From Bdellovibrionia bacterium (GTDB taxonomy: Bacteria > Bdellovibrionota > UBA1018): DNA of 13,132 bases. The notes under the pieces were generated by a model. The model was not told the DNA's origin. It saw only the letters and a program-made list of their open reading frames with translations, and ran no database searches. Below, in pieces: positions 6,474 through 13,132 of the stretch (its first letter is position 1; each line of letters starts with the position of its first letter). A program made the position numbers and the translations under genes. The stretch covers positions 1-13,132 of the forward strand of contig JBMSSC010000078.1 in NCBI GenBank assembly GCA_049424145.1, in the 5' to 3' direction.

Positions 6474-7214
6474 ATGTTGGACTTTAAACGATTACTAATG
6501 GCTTTTTCTCTAAGCCTGATTTTCGTTGAAATCGCAGGATGCGGACAAGCACCACAAGTCTGGAGTAGCGCCAACCTTGCTGCGCCCGTTCAAATCCCAA
6601 CACCGTCTTCAAACCTAACTCTCGGCTCAAGCACTCCGACCACGACTGCTGCCAGCGGGGATCCCTTCACAGTCACCGTACCGGCCTCGTTTAACTACAA
6701 TTTTAAAATCCCTGAGATCAATAACGTTGACTGTAGCACTTTTACCACATCTTCTACCTTAGCACAGCTCAGCACCACCAGTGCCACCACTTATGAGACT
6801 ATTGCCGTGCCCACCGATAATCTATTTAAAGTGAAAGTTTCTGCTTCTCCCCCATCGGTGATTCCATGCAGGGGGGAAATTGCGAACTACAGTTGTCTTC
6901 AATTCGATGTGACTGTAGGCTCAAAAACTCTAACTGCAAAAGTCAGCTATGGAAACCCAAGCACCGGGCCATGCGCAGGCGTACCCAATTCAGTCACGTT
7001 GGATTTTAGCGATCAGGCGTCACCCGGACATGGCGACTTAAAAGTAAAGGTCTCCAAGCCCATGTATGACAACTGCAGACTCTATGGACAACAGACCCAG
7101 CTCTATTACCCATGGGTGAGTCCAGTTTCAATCTGGGGATGTCCGATGTCCAGTAAGTATCCCTCGCACATCGTCTCAGGGTCCATTGCAATCACCACTA
7201 ACCTTCGGTACTAG
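6474..7214 (+). CDS. Cys-rich lipoprotein of unknown function (paralog B)
   Basis: AAGGA RBS 8 nt upstream; signal peptide with lipobox IAG-C23; Ser/Thr/Pro linker. Shares ASFNYxF, TDNxFxV, YSCLQxxVTVGS, LDFSxQAxPGH, DNCRxxG and GSIxIxTN with paralog A. Confidence 0.88.
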   Translation: MLDFKRLLMAFSLSLIFVEIAGCGQAPQVWSSANLAAPVQIPTPSSNLTLGSSTPTTTAASGDPFTVTVPASFNYNFKIPEINNVDCSTFTTSSTLAQLSTTSATTYETIAVPTDNLFKVKVSASPPSVIPCRGEIANYSCLQFDVTVGSKTLTAKVSYGNPSTGPCAGVPNSVTLDFSDQASPGHGDLKVKVSKPMYDNCRLYGQQTQLYYPWVSPVSIWGCPMSSKYPSHIVSGSIAITTNLRY

Positions 7215-7500
7215 TGGTCTAAGTGGCCTACGTTCACCCAGTGGGGTCAGATGTGCCTCTTTTAAAGCATTGCGTGAGCATGCCGAGATGCCTCACTCAA
7301 GCTTCTCCGATTCAACAGCCGTAGCCCGTCAACTCCTTCTTATTGGACCTGCTCACATAGCCCCTTGGAATGTCGATTCACTTCTCCCGTCATCCTTCTT
7401 GCCTTGGCGTATCGCAAAATCAACGTATTTTGACTGTCCAAGGAACATCAGGAGCCTCAAGGAAAGACCTCGTCTGTCGCCTTTCATATTCTTGGATTTT

Positions 7501-8547
7501 TTACCTCAATCGTTGAAGAACTGGTCCAAAATTTTCCTGCTGAGGATGATCAAACGAGGCTTCGTTCAACTTCTTAAGAGTCAAGAGAAACTCTTTCCAG
7601 TTCTCATGACTGGCTTGAAAAACCTGTTCAAAATCACTCTCGCCCGTATTGTAGGTTTTATACTGCATCAAGGTGGCGTTATTCAGATCCTTGGATCGCT
7701 TTAAATCGGCCTTCAGTCGTCCTAAAATCAGAGCCTTTTCATCTCGCTTTTTTTGATCCGGCTGGCTTGAAGAATACAGAACCTCCAGCTCATGATACGC
7801 TACGGACAGTCGCTTAAAATCTGCCTGATTCTTTTTCTGTGCCGTCAAGTAGGCTTGTTTTTCAGGGGAATTTAGCCCTCGAGTTTGATCCAGATACACG
7901 GGCGTTAATCGATCGGCAACAAAACTGGCTAAGCTTTCATTGAAGTAGGATTGAGTGGAAATATAGAGTGTGGCATGAACGGATTCGTGGATCACCACAT
8001 TCACGAGAGCACCTAAAGCCTCAGGCCCCTCGGAGATCATGGAAGATAAAATAGGATCTTTAAACCACCCTAGGGTCGAGTAAGCTTGCGCCCCCCTTAA
8101 ATCCACATCCCACCCTTCGTCTTGAAGCTCTTTTTGAAACGCACGAGCCCGATCGAGGTGAAACCATCCCAGGTACGGAAAAGAACCAAAGCCTGGAAAA
8201 CTCCATTGTTTACTCTCAAAGCGAAGAGGAGGACTGGCACTAACGACCCAAACCGCTGCGGGACGATCGAGGTTCACGTAATGAGTGTAGTTCCCTGTTG
8301 GACGAATCCCGTGAGCTTCAGCAAAACGCTTAATCAGCTGGATTTCCCCGAGCAGGTCTCTTGTTCTTCTAGGGATTCGAACATCTTGGAGCACTTCAAC
8401 AATGGGCCGAGCCCGACTCAACAAGGACCACTGGCCTTGACCGGCTTGGATCAAGTACGACACACTTCCACAACCTAAGCTCCACACCGAGCAGACTGCA
8501 AGGAACACGAATTGAACGATCTTTTGAATGCTCTTTGGTCTTTGCAA
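7501..8547 (-). CDS. Putative zinc aminopeptidase lipoprotein (Aminopep / predicted aminopeptidase family)
   Basis: Lipobox SLG-C followed by 'SYLIQAGQGQWSLL'; family-like motifs 'W.FP..G..PYLGWF' and 'AYSTLGWFKDP'; gluzincin site 'IHESVHATLY...FNESLASFV' (HExxH plus downstream E). TTG start with GAGGAG upstream. Confidence 0.88.
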   Translation of the reverse strand: MQRPKSIQKIVQFVFLAVCSVWSLGCGSVSYLIQAGQGQWSLLSRARPIVEVLQDVRIPRRTRDLLGEIQLIKRFAEAHGIRPTGNYTHYVNLDRPAAVWVVSASPPLRFESKQWSFPGFGSFPYLGWFHLDRARAFQKELQDEGWDVDLRGAQAYSTLGWFKDPILSSMISEGPEALGALVNVVIHESVHATLYISTQSYFNESLASFVADRLTPVYLDQTRGLNSPEKQAYLTAQKKNQADFKRLSVAYHELEVLYSSSQPDQKKRDEKALILGRLKADLKRSKDLNNATLMQYKTYNTGESDFEQVFQASHENWKEFLLTLKKLNEASFDHPQQENFGPVLQRLR

Positions 8548-8565
8548 GCGGTGTCAGCTCCTCAT

Positions 8566-9132
8566 TTAAAAGTAATAGGACAAGCCTACGCTAAAAGCGA
8601 GATTATCTTGCCAGGAGGAGATCGCAGCTGCGGTCAAGTAGGTGGTTGCCTCGGAGCGAATGGAGAAGTCTCTTGAGACATAGAGTCTCAGTCCAGCACC
8701 GAGGATCCCGCTTAAAGAGCCAGAAATGGACTCTAAAGACGTGCCATCCGCGTAGTTTCCGGAGAGCTCACGGATGAGTTGCCCAAGACCGACTTTCACA
8801 TAGGGTTGAAATCCCCAACTTTTTGGAAGTAGCGCTTGAACCAGGTTCAAACTATACAACTGGTCATGAACAGCAATATCCTGCTCCGATGGAATCACTG
8901 TTCGATTGAAGATATCAGCGGCTGAAAACTCAAGCTCCGTGAGTTCCATCAGGTAATACCCCACTGAGGCACTCCAACGTCGGGACCACTGAGTACTGGA
9001 CGTCCCATAATTTGAGCGGCTGAAGCTAAAACTAGCGGAGAGTTCAACGACCCCAGCTCTTGCCACGGATCCGAGCCCAGAGAACCCAAGCAGAACGCTA
9101 ATCAGAAGGGCTCTATTCCATCCTAATTTCAG
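8566..9132 (-). CDS. Small outer-membrane beta-barrel protein (OmpA/OmpW-like 8-strand class), probable CTG start
   Basis: Alternating amphipathic strands, 'FQPYVKVGLG', 'GAGLRLYV' and a C-terminal beta-signal 'GLSYYF'. The ORF-track start at 9066 lacks a signal peptide. Extending 22 codons in frame to CTG at 9132 gives (M)KLGWNRALLISVLLGFSGLGSVARA|GVVEL. Confidence 0.8.
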   Translation of the reverse strand: MKLGWNRALLISVLLGFSGLGSVARAGVVELSASFSFSRSNYGTSSTQWSRRWSASVGYYLMELTELEFSAADIFNRTVIPSEQDIAVHDQLYSLNLVQALLPKSWGFQPYVKVGLGQLIRELSGNYADGTSLESISGSLSGILGAGLRLYVSRDFSIRSEATTYLTAAAISSWQDNLAFSVGLSYYF

Positions 9133-10483
9133 AAAGCCCCCGAATGAGTTTATCTTTTTCTGCTCGATCCCGAGTTGAAAGAGGAACGACCGTCGGTGCC
9201 TCCTTCACTTCCTCTTCTGCGCTTGGAGCGGAGAAAATTTTCTTATATTGAGGAGCCACAAGCCGCATGGCCGACTCCTCTCCTCCCACCATTTTTTTTA
9301 CAAAAATCTTCTCGAGCTCAGGATCCTCGGGGTCCGGCATACTTCTTCGGTAACGTAAGGTGAGCTTCTTTTTATTCTCAGCCGCGACTTGCTCCGCTCG
9401 CTCACTGGCCAGACTTCGTCCTTTTGAATCTAGAATATCGATTCCTCCTGATTCAGCCTGAGGGATCTCTAAATTCTTGGCACCCTTGGTGTCTTGAGTA
9501 AGAACAGCAAACTTCATATCCTGACGGGCCGTCACCACGCGTTGAGACATGAGTTGATCCTTCTCGGGGACTTTCAATTGTTCCATCATGGCTTTTAAAG
9601 AAGCCTGTGAGATCAAGGACGGTAGGTTGGGAATCACCCTTTTCTGCGTGAGATTGAGCTCGGTGAACTCTCCTGCCTGAGCCTCCACCCTCCGGCTCAT
9701 CTCAAAGCGATTCTCCAAAGTTGCCGTCTGATCGAGAACAACGAGTTGCGTGATATCCTGTTCTGAATTAAAAAGGAGCAGGATTTTTCCTTGCTCAACT
9801 CGTGCTCGAGCTGTTGCTGTCATCAGACGAAACTCAGAAGGCGCCGAAGTAGCATCCAAATAAAGAGACCCTCGGTACAGCAGAATTTGCTCACCAGTCT
9901 GATTGATCTGAACTAAGGTTTCAGGACCTAAATGGATGATTTGACCGTGGATATGCTTAATTTTTGCAAACCCATTGTTACTGGAGAACCAGGATCCGCA
10001 GACAAAAGGTGAGTCATAATCTGACGGAAGAACCTGAGTGCGATTGGCATCGAGAATCTCAAGCTTCCCCGTGAAATCCAAAAGAACGCCACAGTTTTGA
10101 GGCTTCTTCTGAGCGTGAGCTGCATCCGAAGAGGGACTTGAGGAGGTCGCTTCTTTTTTCAGGATCTCCATCGGAACCGCAAGAACAGGACTTTTCTTCC
10201 TCGGATCTAACTCGATTTTCACTTTCTCGGGAGCCTCGCCTGCCTCATGGGCATCTCCATCGTGAGCCCCTTGATCATGGCTCATCGCTCCAGGATGACT
10301 CGCTGAAGGCTCAGCAAAGTGAGTTTTGGCATGGTGAGCGTCTTGAGCCGGTTCATGAGAACTCGTATGCTCAGCCCGAGCAGAAGAAGGTCCGATTAGA
10401 AAACTCGCGTAAACGAGAGCAACCAGGGACGCCCTAAACCAGTGGGCCTGATCTGAGCCATGAAGCCGCGAAGTCTTATTCAT
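9113..10483 (-). CDS. Secreted FecR-domain protein with a His-rich N-terminal segment
   Basis: Likely start is the ATG at 10483, which overlaps the upstream stop (ATGAATAA) and gives signal peptide MNKTSRL...FRASLVALVYASFLIGPSSARA|. FecR-like beta pattern: 'GQIIHLGPETLVQI...ILLYRGSLYLDA...FRLMTATARARVEQG...TQLVVLD...VEAQAGEFTEL'. The ORF-track extension to 10642 is the shadow frame of the upstream His repeat. Confidence 0.75.
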   Translation of the reverse strand: MNKTSRLHGSDQAHWFRASLVALVYASFLIGPSSARAEHTSSHEPAQDAHHAKTHFAEPSASHPGAMSHDQGAHDGDAHEAGEAPEKVKIELDPRKKSPVLAVPMEILKKEATSSSPSSDAAHAQKKPQNCGVLLDFTGKLEILDANRTQVLPSDYDSPFVCGSWFSSNNGFAKIKHIHGQIIHLGPETLVQINQTGEQILLYRGSLYLDATSAPSEFRLMTATARARVEQGKILLLFNSEQDITQLVVLDQTATLENRFEMSRRVEAQAGEFTELNLTQKRVIPNLPSLISQASLKAMMEQLKVPEKDQLMSQRVVTARQDMKFAVLTQDTKGAKNLEIPQAESGGIDILDSKGRSLASERAEQVAAENKKKLTLRYRRSMPDPEDPELEKIFVKKMVGGEESAMRLVAPQYKKIFSAPSAEEEVKEAPTVVPLSTRDRAEKDKLIRGLSEIRME

Positions 10484-11408
10484 GTGGATGGGCCTGTTCA
10501 TGTGGATGGGCGTGTTCATGTGGATGGGCTTGTTCATGTTGATGGGCTTGTTCATGTTCATGGGCTTGTTCATGTTCATGTGCTTGATGCTCTTCTTTAC
10601 TTTCATGATGGGCCTCAGAGGGGTTAATCCACTTTGCTTCAATCGAGTGAGGGTGATGATCGAGAAGCTCTCTTAACCAGTATTGGACCTTGATTTTTTT
10701 ATCTAATTTATCCGCAATCAAGGCTTTCCAAAGACGGGCTTGTGCTTGAGCCTGAAGAACTGAATCGTTTTCAGCAAACTTTAACACTTCATCGAAGTAC
10801 TGATCGGCTACTTGATAGTTTTCCAGGCGATACCAAGCCACACCGGTCATGAGAAAGTTTTTTGGAGTTTTATAGGTATCATCCCCATCTAAACCCGTGA
10901 GGGTTGTCAGAATCACCGCTGCTTTTTCATGATCATGTCCAGCGAAATAAGCCGTAGCAAGAGTATAAAGTTGGGAAGGCAAAAGCTGCGGAGGGGGTTG
11001 AAAATTCAAACTCGCTAAGCTTCTCCCCACTCGAACGCCGGTCTCATGACTGAGCTTCTTTTGAAGATCAGCCGTCGCATGACTGGCTGCTTTGGACTGA
11101 CAGTTGAATTCAAAGGTCTCAAGTCCAAGCTTGAGGTTCATATTCTCCACACGAAGAACTTCATTCTCCTCAGCACTGATTCTCAGGCGATGAGCTTTCT
11201 TTTGGATCTCATCGAAAACTAAAGAGAGTTGACTGAAGTAGCCTTGGGTTAAACTCAAAAGGCTCGGTCCACCGGCTTTCGGATGAGTTGCACTGGAGGG
11301 CTTCTGCATCCCCTGACCTAAGACCACCAGGCCTCCCAGCACACTGGTGCCTAAGAAGCCTGCAATGACGACGGATTTTCTCGAATTGAGCCAATTTTTT
11401 AAGTCCAT
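10476..11408 (-). CDS. Membrane-anchored coiled-coil plus TPR protein (CpoB/YbgF-like architecture) with a His-rich C-terminal tail
   Basis: N-terminal hydrophobic segment (VVIAGFLGTSVLGGLVVLG), a coiled coil (EENEVLRVENMNLKLGLE), TPR-like helices (LYTLATAYFAGHDHEKAA; FMTGVAWYRLENYQVADQYFDEVL) and a CpoB-like end 'LRELLDHHPHSIEAK'. The start is uncertain (11408 or 11420); the ORF-track start at 11486 overlaps argS. Confidence 0.75.
   Translation of the reverse strand: MDLKNWLNSRKSVVIAGFLGTSVLGGLVVLGQGMQKPSSATHPKAGGPSLLSLTQGYFSQLSLVFDEIQKKAHRLRISAEENEVLRVENMNLKLGLETFEFNCQSKAASHATADLQKKLSHETGVRVGRSLASLNFQPPPQLLPSQLYTLATAYFAGHDHEKAAVILTTLTGLDGDDTYKTPKNFLMTGVAWYRLENYQVADQYFDEVLKFAENDSVLQAQAQARLWKALIADKLDKKIKVQYWLRELLDHHPHSIEAKWINPSEAHHESKEEHQAHEHEQAHEHEQAHQHEQAHPHEHAHPHEQAHPHE
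10479..10586. repeat. 18-bp tandem repeat, 6 copies, encoding (HEQAH[E/Q/P])n
   Basis: Plus-strand units: ttcatgtggatgggcctg / ttcatgtggatgggcgtg / ttcatgtggatgggcttg / ttcatgttgatgggcttg / ttcatgttcatgggcttg / ttcatgttcatgtgcttg. Adjacent units differ by 1-2 nt. Confidence 0.95.
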
Positions 11409-11416
11409 CTGTTTTA

Positions 11417-11443
11417 TCATCGGAAACCCATGGATTCGTCTTA
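11417..11443 (-). promoter_or_regulatory. Candidate sigma28 (FliA)-type promoter for the TPR-FecR-OMP-peptidase operon
   Basis: The minus strand reads TAAG-N15-TCCGATGA, with the exact consensus spacing, ending 8 nt before the ATG at 11408. Confidence 0.45.
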
Positions 11444-11484
11444 AATATTTAATTCTGGGTTCGGTTATGATAGACCTCTCGCCC

Positions 11485-13132
11485 ATGGAACGATTTGCAA
11501 AACAAGCAGCAAGCCTCTTGAGCGCGACATTGGGTTTTTCTATTGCTCCCCAGGAGCTGGAGATTCCGCCGGAGCCTCAATTGGGGGATTTTGCGTTTCC
11601 TTGCTTTAAGTTAGCCAAGCAATTTAAAAAATCACCTGTCCAGCTTGCTCAGGAACTGGCTCAAAAGCTGAACTCGACTTTAGATCAAAACACGAATTTA
11701 GAAGTCCATGCCGTTGGTCCCTACGTCAACTTTACCGTACCGGCACAGTCGGTTTTAAGCACCCTCCTTCCCGAAATCCTTGAAAACGAAGGTTTAGGCA
11801 ACTACGGCATGTTGCCCAAAAACAGCCGAGGCAGATGGGTCATTGAATACAGCTCGCCCAACGTGGCAAAACCCCTCAATATCTACCATTTAAGACCCAC
11901 GGCACTTGGTGCCGCTTTGGATCGCATTGGCCAGTTTCGAGGCTTTGAAGTCACCTCGATCAACCACTTAGGCGATTGGGGCAAGCAGTATGGAATGCTC
12001 GCCGTGGCTTTTGATCGCTATGCAGTGCCCCTGAGCCCGCCTCCCAGCATGAGGGAGTTAGTCGACCTCTATGTTCGAATTAACCTGGAGGCTCAGACCC
12101 ATCCTGAGATTGAAGAAGAGGCACGCGCTGCTTTTTTAAAACTCGAGCAGGGCGACCCAAAACTCACAGCGGTTTGGAAAATGTGTGTGGACATCTCACT
12201 TGCTGAGTTTAAAAAAGCCTATGATCGACTCGGCGTTCACTTTGATCACTACTGGGGAGAGAGTTTTTATAAAGACCTTCTGCATCCCTTATTAGACCAG
12301 CTCGAGAAACAAGGCCTCCTCATCCCCAGTGAAGGGGCGTGGGTAGTTCCCGTTGCTGACGAGCAGGGAGTGGAGATGCCACCTTGTATTTTAAAGAAGA
12401 ACGACGGTGCTACTTTATACTCCACCCGAGATGTTGCGGCAGCCCTTTACCGACATGAAAAACTAAACTTTGATCGCATGACCTACATCGTGGGCGCCGA
12501 GCAGAAGCTCCATTTTAAGCAAATCTTTGCGGTGCTCAAGAAAATGGGCTGCACCTGGGTGGAGCGATGTGAGCATGTCCCCTTTGGGCTCTACCGTTTT
12601 AAAGACGCCAAGATGTCCACGCGGAAGGGGAATTTTGTCACCCTTGAGGAGGTTCTTGGGGCCACGCGAGCTCGGGTCACTGAGCTGATTCAACAGAGAA
12701 AAGAACAGCTTGGCTTAGACCTCAATCTGAGTTCCGAGAGCTTATCTGCCACCGCGGAAGCCGTGGCCATCGGAGCCGTGGTTTTCTTTGACCTTCACAC
12801 CGATCCCATTAAAGATGTGGAATTTGACTTAGAGCGCGTGGTGGACTTTGAAGGCGAAACAGGCCCTTACCTTCAGTACGCCCACACGCGTTGCATCAGC
12901 ATCCTGCGCAAAGCTCAGGAGTTAGGGGAGCAGCCAGGACCGATTCGCTTTGATGCTGAGCTGGTGAAAGCCCTCAGCGCACCGGAGGAGATTTTACTCC
13001 TCAAAACCCTGGGTCAGTTTCCTCTTCACTTAGAACGGAGCTTAAGTTTTGCTAAGGCAAGCCAGCTGGCTCATTTTTTGATCGATGTGACTCGGGCGTT
13101 TGGAACATTTTACCATCAATGCAAGGTCTTAG
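11485..13132 (+). CDS. argS: Arginine--tRNA ligase (runs off the window end)
   Basis: Not in the ORF track; translated by hand: 'LEIPPEPQLGDFAFPCFKLAK', 'AVGPYVNF', 'IEYSSPNVAKPLNIYHLRPTALG', 'NHLGDWGKQYG', 'WGESFY', 'DGATLYSTRDVAAA', 'YIVGAEQKLHFKQIF', 'KMSTRKG', 'FEGETGPYLQYAHTR'. An alternative in-frame ATG lies at 11467. Confidence 0.97.
   Translation, partial: MERFAKQAASLLSATLGFSIAPQELEIPPEPQLGDFAFPCFKLAKQFKKSPVQLAQELAQKLNSTLDQNTNLEVHAVGPYVNFTVPAQSVLSTLLPEILENEGLGNYGMLPKNSRGRWVIEYSSPNVAKPLNIYHLRPTALGAALDRIGQFRGFEVTSINHLGDWGKQYGMLAVAFDRYAVPLSPPPSMRELVDLYVRINLEAQTHPEIEEEARAAFLKLEQGDPKLTAVWKMCVDISLAEFKKAYDRLGVHFDHYWGESFYKDLLHPLLDQLEKQGLLIPSEGAWVVPVADEQGVEMPPCILKKNDGATLYSTRDVAAALYRHEKLNFDRMTYIVGAEQKLHFKQIFAVLKKMGCTWVERCEHVPFGLYRFKDAKMSTRKGNFVTLEEVLGATRARVTELIQQRKEQLGLDLNLSSESLSATAEAVAIGAVVFFDLHTDPIKDVEFDLERVVDFEGETGPYLQYAHTRCISILRKAQELGEQPGPIRFDAELVKALSAPEEILLLKTLGQFPLHLERSLSFAKASQLAHFLIDVTRAFGTFYHQCKVL

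Noticed and set aside
7186..7704. 172-aa plus-strand ORF
   Set aside because: It overlaps the 3' ends of both flanking genes, has no clear RBS and no recognisable motifs; likely a shadow ORF.
10479..10586. Repeat array as a possible CRISPR
   Set aside because: Units are contiguous with no unique spacers, are in frame within a CDS, and no cas genes are present.
10484..10642. ORF-track N-terminal extension of the FecR protein (MKQSG...MNKPINMNKPIH)
   Set aside because: It is the alternative frame of the upstream gene's His repeat and would bury the signal peptide; the ATG at 10483 overlapping the upstream stop is more plausible.
11421..11486. ORF-track start of the TPR gene at 11486
   Set aside because: It overlaps the argS start codon head-to-head and leaves no room for promoters.
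500..12693. Other short ORFs in the track (e.g. 500-745, 2956-3375, 3961-4353, 4139-4576, 5526-5843, 8122-8478, 10138-10437, 10482-10676, 12463-12693)
   Set aside because: They are nested in or antisense to well-supported genes and lack independent coding evidence; 10482-10676 is simply the antisense reading of the repeat.

Overview
Gene-dense bacterial chromosomal window with no mobile element, CRISPR array, tRNA or rRNA that I can see. The gene content (orphan TonB-like protein, secreted FecR-domain protein, Cys-rich orphan lipoproteins) suggests a Bdellovibrionota/deltaproteobacteria-like diderm, which is an inference. Two housekeeping genes, hslO (Hsp33) and argS (partial), flank an accessory, envelope-focused block. 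That block holds: a pseudo-receiver/coiled-coil protein and a TonB-C-terminal-domain protein; an unusual single polypeptide fusing ECF-sigma-like domains, a zinc anti-sigma (ZAS) motif and a C-terminal membrane anchor; two divergently transcribed paralogous six-Cys lipoproteins, each preceded by a correctly spaced sigma54 -24/-12 box; and a tightly coupled minus-strand operon (His-tailed TPR protein, His-rich secreted FecR-domain protein, small outer-membrane beta-barrel with a probable CTG start, HEXXH lipoprotein aminopeptidase). The spacer between the lipoproteins carries an A25 tract, an orphan minus-strand terminator and a 10-bp inverted repeat pair. All family assignments are by eye from motifs; no database searches were run.
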